Assembly (NCBI RefSeq): GCF_964204645.1
Contig: NC_134036.1
Coordinates: forward strand, 1,860,001 to 1,924,000
Direction: 5' to 3'
DNA length: 64,000 nucleotides
Source of the DNA: Tubulanus polymorphus
Taxonomy: Eukaryota > Animalia > Nemertea
The notes below the pieces were generated by a model. The model was not told the DNA's origin, did no database searches, and saw only the letters and a program-made list of their open reading frames with translations. A program made the translations under genes and the position numbers. Position 1 is the stretch's first letter, and every line of letters begins with the position of its first letter. This document shows, one piece after another, positions 34,801-45,364 of the stretch.

Positions 34801-37800
34801 CCATTGCCGCAGTAGTTGATGTCCTACTGCACACTAGCGACACCTTGTGGATCCTTACTCGCCACAAGTAGTTGAATCCTTTATTGCTGCAGTAGTTGAT
34901 GTCCTACTGCACACTAGCGACACCTGGTGGATCCTCACTTGCCACAGATAGTCATTGTCTCATGTGTTTGTTTCAGGGCGTTGGATAATCAACTGGTTGA
35001 AGAGCAGAAACTCAGGGAGAAAGTCGAAGCCGATCTTCGTAAGGAAATAATCGAACTGAAGAAAGATAACGAACGCCAACAGAAACTGATCGGCCAGGTA
35101 ACGATTATAGTAACATTCTTCATTGTTGGAAATAGTCCGCATTCGCCACACTAGAGGGGGTTTGATGTATCGAAACATTATTTCATTCGAATTTTCTTTC
35201 TAATCGCGAACAGTTGAATTTTAGAAAGCGAAAAATCTCTTTTATCATGAAGTGAATTTTTTTGATATTATTTGTATTTTGCCGGAATAGAACGCCAAGT
35301 TTTTACGTAAAAAGGTAAAGCTAAAAACCGGGCATGTTTTTCTCCGCACACACGGACGTGTTCGAAGCATGGATGATAGAATACCGGAATGTGCTCGTAG
35401 AAATAATCGAATGCGAAGATGGCTGCTATGGCAGTTATATGAGATGTCTTACTCAATTAACCTTTCAGTCTTGCGTTATTTTTTTACTGCAACGAGAAAG
35501 AATCTACAATAATCAGTGTCTACGATGAATGAAATGTTTAATTTCTTCTTTTTTTGCGATGCCTCTGACATTGTCATAATGGCTACCGATTTAAATAATG
35601 ACTTGACTGCAAATTGGCCGCATGAATTTTAGATTTTCTTTTTTTCAAACAACTCGTGCAACTACAAAGGAAGCCCTCGAAATATATGGGTCTATCTTTT
35701 TCTCATGAACTCAATCTCAACCTCGATAGGCTGGTGTGAGGAGGTTCTTCTTCGTTTGTCATCATGATTAAAACTCTCTCCTTTCTCATCTCCTCTCTCT
35801 CCTCTCTCATCATCATCTCTCTCTTTGAATGTAAACTATTCCAAGATGTTATATTCATGCAGTGTACTTGATATGTTCTGTATGAAAAGCTTGTGGCTGA
35901 TTTAAACCGATGTCTTGTTTCTAACTGACATGAAATTATAATCGAATGCACTTTTTTTTATTTCTTATTGCCAACATTGCAGTTAACTGTAAGTAGTCCT
36001 CACAAATCTCTTTGTTGTATCGTCGTACTCGCTTGCCAGGGCAGGGTTTGCTCTTTAGATCGCACTTGGTTTTTACGGCCTGTAGTCCATAGCGATAGCT
36101 TTAACAGAAGGAAATGGTTTTATCGTAGCTATAGTGACTCAGATTTCTTCATTATGAATTCTTGAGAATTTTGACAATTTTCACCTAGTATGCTTAAAAT
36201 TGGCAAAATGCTGTGGCTTGTTATTTGTAGACTGGTATCAACTTTAACCCGGGAGGACTAACTCAATTGAGATAATCTCCTGGGCCTGGGTTTATAGTCT
36301 GATATAACCTTTAACCCAAGGGCTAACTCAATTCATTAACGATTGAGCTAGCCCCCGGGTTAAAGGTAATACCAGTTTGTAAAACTGCAGATTGATACAA
36401 GCATTTTGTATAAAGCACGAAAAGAATTCGTCATTTTCTTTTGCGTCATTGTTTTTTCACTCCGAATGTTGTTGGTACAAATATCTGATACGTATATTTT
36501 CCTCACCAAAAAAAATTTCTCTAAATATTTCTCAGCGTTCACCAGTGCCGTGTTGTTGTCAAAAGGATGGTTGAAGTGAAACATTGGATAAATTCAATTC
36601 TAACAATGAGCAGTTTTGCCTCATCACTATGTCAACACTATCCACTTGTGTTAACTCTAATCAACTTCTCAGCAACTGGCCTGTGTAGTTTGAAATGGTT
36701 ACCTCAGTGTTTTTTTCACCGGTTCTCATTGTTGGATTATTGATTTTTTTTCGTACTCTAGAACGTGAATATGACCCCGGAGGCGAAGATCGAGGCCTCG
36801 ATGCAACACGAGATCACGCGTATGACCTGCGAGAATTTGGTACGAGCAAAAAGAAAAATCAAATATTTTTTTGTAGTGAAAAATCGTTTAAAAAAACATC
36901 TGATAATTTTTTTTTTTTTTTGAATTTTTTTGTAGTGAAAAATCGTTTGAAAAACATCTGATAATTTTTTTTTTTTTGAATTTTTTTGTAGTGAAAAATC
37001 GTTTAAAAAACATCGGATAATTTTTTTTTTTTTGGAAATTTTTTTGTAGGATTTACGTGAGAAAATCGACCAACTCGAAGAACAAATCGCGAAATTGAAG
37101 AAAGGCATCAAAATCTACGCGAAGCGGCTTAAAAAACAAGAAGGTACGATATGTATATGTCTGCTATAGGGAGGCTTAACTCTCCATATTCCCCCACTCT
37201 GTTCGCTGTAGGGATACAAGTTACTATCACAAATACTTTTCTCTAATCTTTTAACCCTTTCAGGGCTGACTAATCAATACCCAAAAGTGCTGCAGGGGCC
37301 AGTTGCACAGTCTAACTTAAGTCCAAAAGCGATCTTAGATGTTAAGACTATACTTATGTTGTTAGATTGGCTATAGAACTAGGTTGGTCTTAGACTGGTC
37401 TTGAGTCTAAGCCATGACTATGCAATCGGCCCCTGGGGATAATTAGAATATGTTTAAAAATTCCCCCCCCCCAGCGAGTTGAATAAGTTAGTACACTGCG
37501 GTGTAGACTGAAAGGGTTAAATTTACCTATTTTTCCAATCAATTGTTTAATTAACATCAATTAACTACTTACTGAATTAGGCACCGATTGCGAGTAAGAT
37601 TAAATAAATCATTAGAATCTCTGTAAGAATAACTCGATATTTTCAAACAATCTCGAGATTGAGACTAATTCGCATGACCCGGTGGTTTGTTGTTGTTCTT
37701 TTGAAGTTCGCGGTTTAATACGAAGAGCTTCGACCTTGACCTCCCCTATGAGCCCGACGGGTAAGGGTTAAACGTACCCCCTCTATATAACGCTCGATCT

Positions 37801-40800
37801 CTACCTCGGGGTTCGATTTTGCGAAAAAGTTTAAAATCTGAAAACAGTTGTTATTGTTGCGCTTTTTGAAAAATAAACATGAAGTAACTAATGGTGACTG
37901 AATTGAAAATTTTAAACCTTTTCGTTTAATTGGACCCAGTGCTCGTTTTTATAAATGTTGTCAATAGCGACAGTTGTTAGGGTCCGTCGTCTACCCCTCA
38001 CCCTAGCAACCTATCACGATTGTCACTACGTATTTTTTCTCAATTTTTCTGCATGTCCAGAGTCGACAGTTTCATGAAAAAATGTTTTAACTTAAAACAG
38101 TTAAGTTTGAATATTGTTGTCCTCATTGAAAACATGAGGGTAACCAAAATAGCAATTACACCAATTGTTTCAACTTTCTCATGAAATCAGACCAATCTTG
38201 GGTAGCAGTTGCTGAAAGTTGGTTAGAGTTAATGAGCTCATTGTCGACATAGTGACAATTAAAAGTTCATTGTTGCTATATGGTATTATTACGCCATGGT
38301 CCAGTTCCACAGTTCGGAGTTAAAATTTGACCCTGAGTTAACTCATTGAAAATGAACTAATTTTAACTCAGTGTTAACTCTAACCCACAATTGCGGAACT
38401 GGATCCATATCTTTAACCAACGTTTGAGCAACTGCAGCCTCTGTATGTAAAATTAGAATTCTAGTCTCCAGCATGTTGCGTTCGTGAATGTCTGCAGTGT
38501 CTTTCATCTTTTCGGCATTTTTTTTTTTTTTCTTTTTACTCTAGAAATTTTGTATGGAAACAACAAGAAAAAAATGGCCGCCGCCAACTCGAAATCATCC
38601 GGTAGAAAAACTCGATAATAATTCATTCTCTCATTTCGAATATCGATTACAAGGAAAGATGGCCGCCTCCATAAATCTACCTATGATATCATTGCATCAT
38701 CATCATCATCATAAAATTGGCTTTAGCAATTTTCAATTCATTGAAATGGTATTTGTGATGTCATAGGGGGATTCGTGAAGGAAGCCATCATGTCTTGAAG
38801 GGTTATAGGTTGGTGTAAAGTCTGATGAATCCATGGTTGCCTTCATGAATCCCCCTATGACATCATCATCCATCTACTGATATGAGTTACTCTGTTATAT
38901 TCTACAAATACTCTGATAATGCGATGATGTCATAAGGGGACTTAATGAATGCAGCCATCTTTTCTGCAAGAGGATATAAATAATTAATTACATTACATAT
39001 AAATCTAATTGTTTCATATCTATATCATTTTAATATTTTTTTAAATGTTGTCGTTGTAACTGTCTACATTGTTGCATGTACTTGTCCTTGTCTTGAAAGC
39101 TTAATAATGGATTGAAGGGGCTTGAAATTTCGAAATAGAAGTAACTTGAGTAGCTGCAAATTCGCCAGCTTCTAATTTGCTAGCTTAGTAGAAAGTACTA
39201 TCCAAGATCTGCTGGAGAGTTAGTTGGTGGGTGTTTGGGCGGGATGTTGCTTTTACTCCAGCTGAGAGAAGCTCTGGTGTCGGTATCATTTGTATATTGG
39301 GCAAAAAATGCTTTTTGTATCACATGTACCAAGTACATTGTAGTTTTAGTAGACTCCACATATTTTGGATGTGTTATTGGGCCCGGTTTAGAGTTAAAAT
39401 TGCCTCTGTAGAGTTGAAGTACTTGGAAATGAACTGATTTCAACTCCACAGAGTCAAAGTCAACTCTTTGTTCCCGGTTCCATAGTTTAGAGTTGACTTT
39501 GCCTCCTAGGAGTTAAAGTAATTGAAAAAGAACTAATTTCAACTCCTAGGATGCAAAGTCAACTCACAGCAGTGGAATATGAGTCCTGGGCTTCTCAGTT
39601 TCATAGTTTAGAGTTGACTTCGCCTCTTGAGAGTTGAATTCATTGAAAAAGAACTAATTTCAACTCCTAGAAAGCAAAGTCAACTCGTAGATGTGGAACA
39701 TGGGTCCTGGGCTTCTCAGTTTCATAGTTTAGAGTTGACATTGTCTCTTAAGAGTTGAAATAATTGAAAATGAACTAATTTCAACTCTTCAACTATAGAA
39801 CTGAGTCCTTGACCATCAGTTTTCAACTGCTAGATGTACATCTATATGAATGTTTACTTTATGGGCACTTGATCGCATATCCGTTAATGAAGCGACTATA
39901 GTGAGGGATTTCCAGTAATCTCTGATTTATATTTGATATCAACAGGCCACTTAGCGTTTAACGAAATTGTGCTTATAGCAGATTCGTCTGAAGATGCGAT
40001 GCCTAAAGTCCATCATCAACAGCGCGAATATAAAGGCATGTTAGAATATCGACCGGAAGACGAGGCTCCTCTTATTAAAGCGCTTATATACGGTAGGTTA
40101 AAACCCTTCGTTCCTCCTTAAAGCCGAGCTCCGGGCGACATACGACCCGAACGCATCGGTAGCAGGGCCCGATCGAAGCACTTGTCCAATTGCCCGGGAC
40201 AAGTATATTTCATAGGTTATCATTATCACTTATCCACCGGGCTAGGGTAATTTTATGTCTCTTTTTCCCACTCGTTACAACGGATGATTGTGCCATCAAT
40301 TGGACTGCCGTGTAGGGCAAGTTGATTCTCGAGGGGGCAAGTGGAATTTCAGATAAGCGGGCAACTGGCTTTTATTCCCTAGAACGAACCCTGGGTAGTA
40401 CACATGTGACCACTACTGATTGTTGATTCATTTGTCTCACGATCTCAAGAACACTCAATTAGACTTATTGTGTTGCGGACTCCTTTACCAATCCAGTGCT
40501 TCTACATCGCAGTGCGCAGTGTATAGACTCAAAAGTTGGTTAGAGATAACCAGTTCACATAGTGACAATTAAAGGTTCATTGTTACTATGGCATTTATCC
40601 AACGGTTATCTTTATTAACCATATTTTGAGCAACTGCAGCCTCTGGTTAATGAAAAGATTACCGAGTATTATGATTATGTTTTTTTTTGTACATTTGAAA
40701 ATGATAATTCTTTTTAAACATCGTATTTGTTGTAGATTTGAAGCCGAAAGCCGCTATGACTTTGTTACCAGGGATGCCCGCGTATATCCTATTCATGTGT

Positions 40801-43800
40801 ATACGTCACACCGACTATATCAACGACGACGAGAAAGTTCGCACGTTGCTAACGGCGACGATAAACGGCATTAAAAAAGTGATCAAAAAGCGTCACGACG
40901 AGTTGGATACGATGACGATGTGGCTCGCGAATACCTGTCGATTGTTACATAATCTCAAACAGTACAGCGGCGAAAAGGTATCTAATCCTGCTACAGGGTG
41001 GCGCCACTTACCTCACAATCAGGGAAAAGTGGGGGTATTTTCTTTTCTTTAGAAAAAAAGTCAGGGAATTCTGTTTAAAAAAAAAAAGGTTAGAAATCAG
41101 GAAAAGTCATGAAATTTTCGGAGAATTTTGTGAAAAAAACAGGTAGAAGTTGGGAATATTTGTTGACTACGAGAACAAATTTGATGACATCATCAGACTC
41201 AAATCCCGGTTGAGGGGGGGATGTGTCTACGATATAGGCTTTAGGAGTTTACTTGAGTTAAGATATTGAATCCCTGAGAGAGAGAATGGTTTATCTATTA
41301 ATCCTTTATTTCCAGGCGTTTCAAGCTGATAATTCGACGCGACAAAACGAACATTGTTTACAGAATTTCGATTTATCGGAATATCGACAGGTTTTAAGCG
41401 ATTTAGCCGTTTGGATTTATCAAGGTTTAACCAAACTCATGCAACAGACCATACAACCTATGATTGGTAAGTGCGCTAACCCTCCCCCTCCCTCTGATGA
41501 TATCTTTTTTGCCTTGCTACCTAACCCCCCGTAATTGTCTAACCACCCCCCCCCTGATTTATTGTCGCTTCTGTCTTATGTCTCTTGTTAATGATAATAC
41601 CCCTCCTAATTAAATGGCTGCCCCCATCGTAAATCCCCGTTTGACATCATCATATTATGAGCAGTGACCAGTTCTACAGTTGTGAGTTAGAGTTAACTCT
41701 GAACTCAGGATCCAGTTCCACAGTTGTGAGTTAGAGTTAACTCTGAACTCAGGATCCAGTTCTAAAGTTGTGAGTTAGAGTTAACTCTGAGTTGAAATTA
41801 ATGCAATGTTTTTGTAACAATGTGTGGAACTGGACATCAATAAGGGATCATAGATTTGCTAGTTCTCTGTATGATGATGTCATAGGGGGATTCGTTACTG
41901 TATGGCTTTCGTTATTTGAACCGCTATTGAGTTGATGATGTCATAGGTGGAATAACGCAGGCGGCCATCATTGTTTCTACGCGTATTGTGTCTATAATAG
42001 TTACTAATTGTTGTCGGCGTGTAAGCTAACAGTGAGCTCATAGTTTATTATGTGTTGCTATGGTGATGTGTGTTGTTTACAGTTGCCGCAGTTTTGGAAC
42101 ACGAATCCGTCCCGGGATTATCGAGCAGTAAACCGACAGGTGGCGCTACTAGTCGTGCGTTGTCGCGAGCAGCCGCTATTTGTAAGAATCGATGTGGTTT
42201 CCGTGTGTGCGTGTTAGCGTTAGAGTCTAGTTTGAGAATGCATCTGAATTTCATTTTCTCTTTTGAAAAAAAATTTTTTAAAGATTATTTTTTTCCGACC
42301 GCATTTTGTGTCGTCCACGCGTACGAAAGGTTTGCATTTTTTCACGAACTTCCTTTGATTTCGAAAAGTTTTAAGTTGCGATTGAAAATTAGTTTTAAGA
42401 GGAGAAAGTTTGGAACTGAATATGGGGCGAAGGCTTTGGGTGCGATGATATTTTAGGTCTTTAACTGATAGCTTTTCTTTTTTTACTGATTGTTATTATT
42501 TTTTGTGAGTTTTTTCACTGCATTTTTTCAACACTTGTTCTTCACTTAACTGTCAATTCTACACGGGTCCTACCGCACCTGGAAATCTGAAAAAACTTAG
42601 TCATCTTCAGGAATCTCGTTTTACCATACTATTATTGTATCTTTATGTACTTTTGATAGTATTTCCATTTGGGAAAATTGACAAATTCCTGTTGAAATAA
42701 TCGGGAATTTTGAATCCATGTAACTGTTGTAATGTATTCCATTGTATTTGTGTAATAAATTCTGATGTATTTTTATTCGATAGTTCCGTCTGTTCTGGAG
42801 CATGAAGCTATAGCGGGTTTATCGGGCAGTAAACCGACCGGAATGCGAGGCAGAAGCAGCAGCACCGCTCAACATCCTGACCACGATCAAGACTCAAAAA
42901 AATACTCACTAGACTCTCTACTGAAAAGTGTAAGTATCTACCTCATGATGATGTCATAGGGGGATTTATAGTGGCAGACATCTTTACTAAAAGTTTCACA
43001 ATTTGTACTGGTGTCATAGAAGGATTTATAGAGGCAGACATCTTCTCTGGAAGTGTCTAAAGATCAAATCATAGAGTCAATTTCATGATGTCATAGGGGG
43101 ATCTATAGAAGCAGACATCTTTTCTGGATGTGTCTAAAGATCAAATCATAGAGTCAATTTCATGATGTCATAGGGGGATTTAGAGAGGCATATATCTTCT
43201 CTGGAAGTGTCTAAAGATCAAATCATAGAGACAATTTGATGATGTCATAGGGGGATTTATAGAGGCATATATCTTTTCTGGAAGTGTCTAAAGATCAAAT
43301 CATAGAGACAATTTGATGATGTCATAGGGGGATTTATAGAGGCAGACATCTTTTCTGTATAAATTCCCCTATGACATCATCAAATTGTCTCTATGTATAT
43401 TGTTTCACAATATATACAATATAAGGGGATCTAAAAAGATGAAATCACTGAGACAGTTTGATGATGTCATAGGGGGATTAAAGTGACTGCCATCCTAACT
43501 GCAAGTTTCACGATCACAATATGTACTGATGTCATAGGTAGGTTCATGTATGCGGCCATCTTTTCTGGCTGTGTCTACATCACCATATGAATTTGATGAT
43601 GTCATAGGGGGTTTGTGGAGACAGCCATCTTTTCTAGAAGTGTTTAGATCAATTCATTGATTTAATGATGTCATAGGGAGATTCATGTATGCAGCCATCT
43701 TGACTAGAAGTGTCTGTTTCTTTATACATATGAATTCAATGATGTCATAAGGGGTTTCATCAGTGTAGCTTTCGGGGGGGGGGGGTGTCTTGATTACCAC

Positions 43801-45364
43801 AGCTATCCGATGATGTCATAGGTGGATTCATAGAAGCAGCCATCAGGAGTGTCTATATATCACAGATCGATTTGATGATGTCACGTGTGGATTAATGATG
43901 GCAGCCATGTTGAATTCTATTTACAGATGAGTCATTTTCTGCGTATGCTTCAAACTCACTGCGTCGACCCTGAACTCGTGAAACAAGTCTTCAAACAGCT
44001 TTTCTATTTCATCTGCGCCGGGGCTCTCAACAATTTACTACTCAGAAAGGAGATGTGCCATTGGTCGAAGGGTATGCAAATTAGGTAAGCTTCCTCTTTA
44101 CAATTAGCCATAGGACTATGCAAATTAGTTTAGCTTTACTAAGATTGGCCGTAGGTGTATGCAAATTAGTTACCGGTAAGCTTTACTGTGATTGGCCAGA
44201 TAAGTATACCAAGTAGGTAAGCTTTACTGTAATTGGCCATAGAAATATGTAGATTATGTAAGCTTCACTTTGATTGGCCGTAGGAGTATGCAAATTAGGT
44301 AAGCTTCACTGTAGTTGGTCAAAGCAGTATGCAAACTTGGTTAACTTTGCTATGATACAAAATATGTAAGCATCGTCATGAAAGGGGATGCCAATGATAG
44401 AAGCTTTCTTTTTATTGGTTGACAGATTTGTAAATATAGTAAACTTCATAGTGATTGGTCAGTTGAGCGGTCTTTAAAGATCGTACTTAGACTGACTATA
44501 TTTGTGCACTTTGTTTGAATGCAATTCCGAAGGCTTTGATTCCAACATCTTTTGATTTCTCACACTGTGAGACATCTTATCAATGCCGTAAACTTCTTTA
44601 TCGATGGATTTTGTGTCTGGTTCTTTGTAGATATAACATCAGTCACTTGGAGCAGTGGATGAGAGATTCGAAGGTCACTGAATGCGGAGGTCAGGAGATG
44701 CTGGAACCGATAGTTCAAGCATCTCAGCTGCTGCAAGCGAGAAAAACCGATACGGATGTCGCAACTATTGTAGAAATGTGTTCAAAACTTACGCAAGCTC
44801 AGGTGAGATTTACTCCCTCTTTCCCCTCAATCCTAGATAGAATATCTCTAATCTTTCCCCCATCTCCCTCTTCTCTCCCCCTCCTCGTGTCTCCTCCTTT
44901 CTCCCTCCCTCTTCTCTCCTTTCTCCCTCCCTTAGGAGTAATCCTTTTTTTTACGACCCTGCACCAATGAATTCACATTGATCGACATTAACACGCATTG
45001 TTAATTTTTCTCTAATTTCTCTGTAGATTGTAAAAATATTGAATCTTGTTTTTTTTTTACGACCCTGCACCAATGAATCCATGCTGATCGACATTTATCT
45101 CATTAATTTTGTATTTTCTCTCTGTAGATTGTAAAGATATTGAATCTGTACACTCCGGTGAACGAGTTCGAGGAACGTGTCCCGATTTCATTCATACGGA
45201 AAATACAAGAAAAACTCCGCGAACGAAACGACGAAACTAACGAGTTGCTAATGGATACGAAACAATCGTTTCCGGTTACGTTTCCGTTCAACCCGTCCGG
45301 ACTGGGACTCGAAACCGTGCAGGTTCCCGACGTGCTCGGTCTGCCGTTCCTTAAACGAGTATGA
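16827..45364 (+). CDS. MYO5: Unconventional myosin V (Myo5/didum type), about 1865 aa, 35 core exons
   Basis: Exons 16827-16853, 17515-17631, 17848-18019, 18452-18596, 18904-19060, 19452-19582, 20129-20223, 20924-21138, 21522-21653, 22200-22333, 23022-23244, 24240-24446, 25105-25254, 26804-26901, 27328-27526, 27921-28132, 29000-29306, 29799-29888, 30280-30375, 31090-31285, 31973-32262, 32754-32921, 33296-33457, 33777-33915, 34283-34472, 34977-35097, 36762-36839, 37050-37143, 39946-40092, 40736-40977, 41316-41466, 42784-42929, 43927-44084, 44631-44802, 45128-45364 (5598 nt, in frame). N-terminus [19 protein letters not shown]; P-loop GESGAGKT; switch [10 protein letters not shown]; switch II LDIYGFE; six IQ motifs; coiled coil; dilute/globular tail ([49 protein letters not shown]). 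Confidence 0.96.
20544..20652. mobile_element. Harbinger/Tourist-like MITE family A, CTG TSD
   Basis: TIRs GATCCAGTTCCACAGTT / AACTGTGGAACTGGATC flanked by CTG on both sides. Other copies at 25286-25399, 29637-29730, 38298-38405, 41668-41835, 54045-54152, 57079-57172 and 57664-57806. Confidence 0.85.
22440..22980. repeat. AAAGGTCTC-rich degenerate tandem repeat
   Basis: GGAAAGAAAGGTCTCC units in myosin V intron 10. It accounts for the spurious ORFs 22657-23124. Confidence 0.85.
23285..23945. repeat. AACAGACTATAGTTTACC ~30-bp minisatellite
   Basis: More than 10 copies. A second array of the same family lies at 26905-27280. Confidence 0.9.
23379..23705. mobile_element. Mutator-like non-autonomous element, 9-bp TSD
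   Basis: Ends CATCTTCACCCGTCAAGGG / CCCCTGGCAAGCGAGGATG form a degenerate ~85-bp inverted repeat. AACAGACTA is duplicated at 23370-23378 and 23706-23714. Confidence 0.7.
24045..24156. repeat. 20-bp minisatellite x6
   Basis: TATCTATCCACCC(A/T)GTTCAG units. Confidence 0.9.
26108..26395. mobile_element. piggyBac-type MITE
   Basis: TTAA|CCCTTTCAGTGC ... GCACTGAAAGGG|TTAA. TTAA TSD with CCC termini is diagnostic for piggyBac. Confidence 0.85.
28138..28402. repeat. 25-bp minisatellite, about 11 copies
   Basis: TGGACCCTGCATAACCTCCCCACTC, starting 5 nt into myosin V intron 16. Confidence 0.95.
28497..28627. mobile_element. Harbinger/Tourist-like MITE family B, CAG TSD
   Basis: CAG|GGGCCAGTTCCATAGT...ACTATGGAACTGGCCC|CAG. 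Other copies at 5118-5245, 26595-26733, 37296-37432, 45467-45643 and 59776-59913. Confidence 0.85.
30080..30193. mobile_element. Hairpin MITE family D
   Basis: GGGCCAGTTGTTCAAAAGT..AGATAACCGGTGGATAAATACCAT...TTTTGAGCAACTG. Related copies at 25517-25644, 38203-38438 (with a nested family A copy), 40529-40641 and 46423-46552. Confidence 0.7.
32283..32378. repeat. 19-bp minisatellite x5
   Basis: G(A/G)(C/T)CGGTCTCACCAGGGTC units. Confidence 0.95.
33471..34616. promoter_or_regulatory. Cluster of CTCF-like motifs (reverse in intron 23, forward in introns 24-25)
   Basis: Examples: CAGCGCCACCTGGTGA 33505-33520 (-), CCAGTAGAGGGCGCC 33926-33940, CCACTAGGGGGCGC 34087-34100, CCAGTAGGGGGCGCC 34219-34233, CCACTAGATGGCG 34502-34514 and 34547-34559. 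Confidence 0.6.
34587..34948. repeat. 79-bp minisatellite with a 158-bp dimeric period
   Basis: GTCCTACTGCACACTAGCGACACCT(G/T)GTGGATCCT units with alternating variants. Confidence 0.9.
35983..35988 (+). CDS. MYO5: Candidate 6-nt myosin V microexon (Leu-Thr)
   Basis: Pyrimidine tract ...tttcttattgccaacattgcAG|TTAACT|GTAAGT. Phase 0-0 matches flanking exons 26 and 27. Confidence 0.55.
37255..37516. mobile_element. Second piggyBac-type MITE with a nested Harbinger-type MITE
   Basis: TTAA|CCCTTTCAG...CTGAAAGGG|TTAA, homologous to 26108-26395. A family B MITE is inserted at 37296-37432. Confidence 0.8.
37707..37760 (+). CDS. MYO5: Candidate 54-nt myosin V cassette exon ([18 protein letters not shown])
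   Basis: ttcttttgaAG|TTCGC...ACGG|GTAAGG. Phase 1-1, open frame. Confidence 0.55.
38545..38601 (+). CDS. MYO5: Candidate 57-nt myosin V cassette exon ([19 protein letters not shown])
   Basis: Long T tract + ctAG|AAATT...TCCG|GTAGAA. Phase 1-1, open frame, weak donor. Confidence 0.4.
39388..39805. repeat. Tandem ~120-bp palindromic units x3.5
   Basis: TTTAGAGTTGACTT.GCCTC.T..GAGTT.AA...ATTGAAAA.GAACTAATTTCAACTCC...CAAAGTCAACTC. MITE-derived satellite. Confidence 0.8.
42083..42181 (+). CDS. MYO5: Candidate 99-nt cassette exon, a paralogous partial copy of myosin V exon 32
   Basis: tgtttacAG|TTGCC...ATTT|GTAAGA. Encodes [33 protein letters not shown] versus [27 protein letters not shown] in exon 42784-42929. 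Phase 1-1. Confidence 0.7.
42947..43910. repeat. Dense array of TGATGTCATAGGGGGATTT...GCA(G)CCATCTT family
   Basis: More than 12 copies filling myosin V intron 32, mostly in one orientation with one inverted copy near 43365. Confidence 0.9.

Noticed and set aside
39073-39146. TGCATG plus AAG acceptor giving an immediate stop exon
   Set aside because: Weak acceptor and no other support.
42083-42181. Mutually exclusive splicing with exon 32
   Set aside because: Its end phase (1) does not match exon 33 (0). It is kept only as a cassette candidate.
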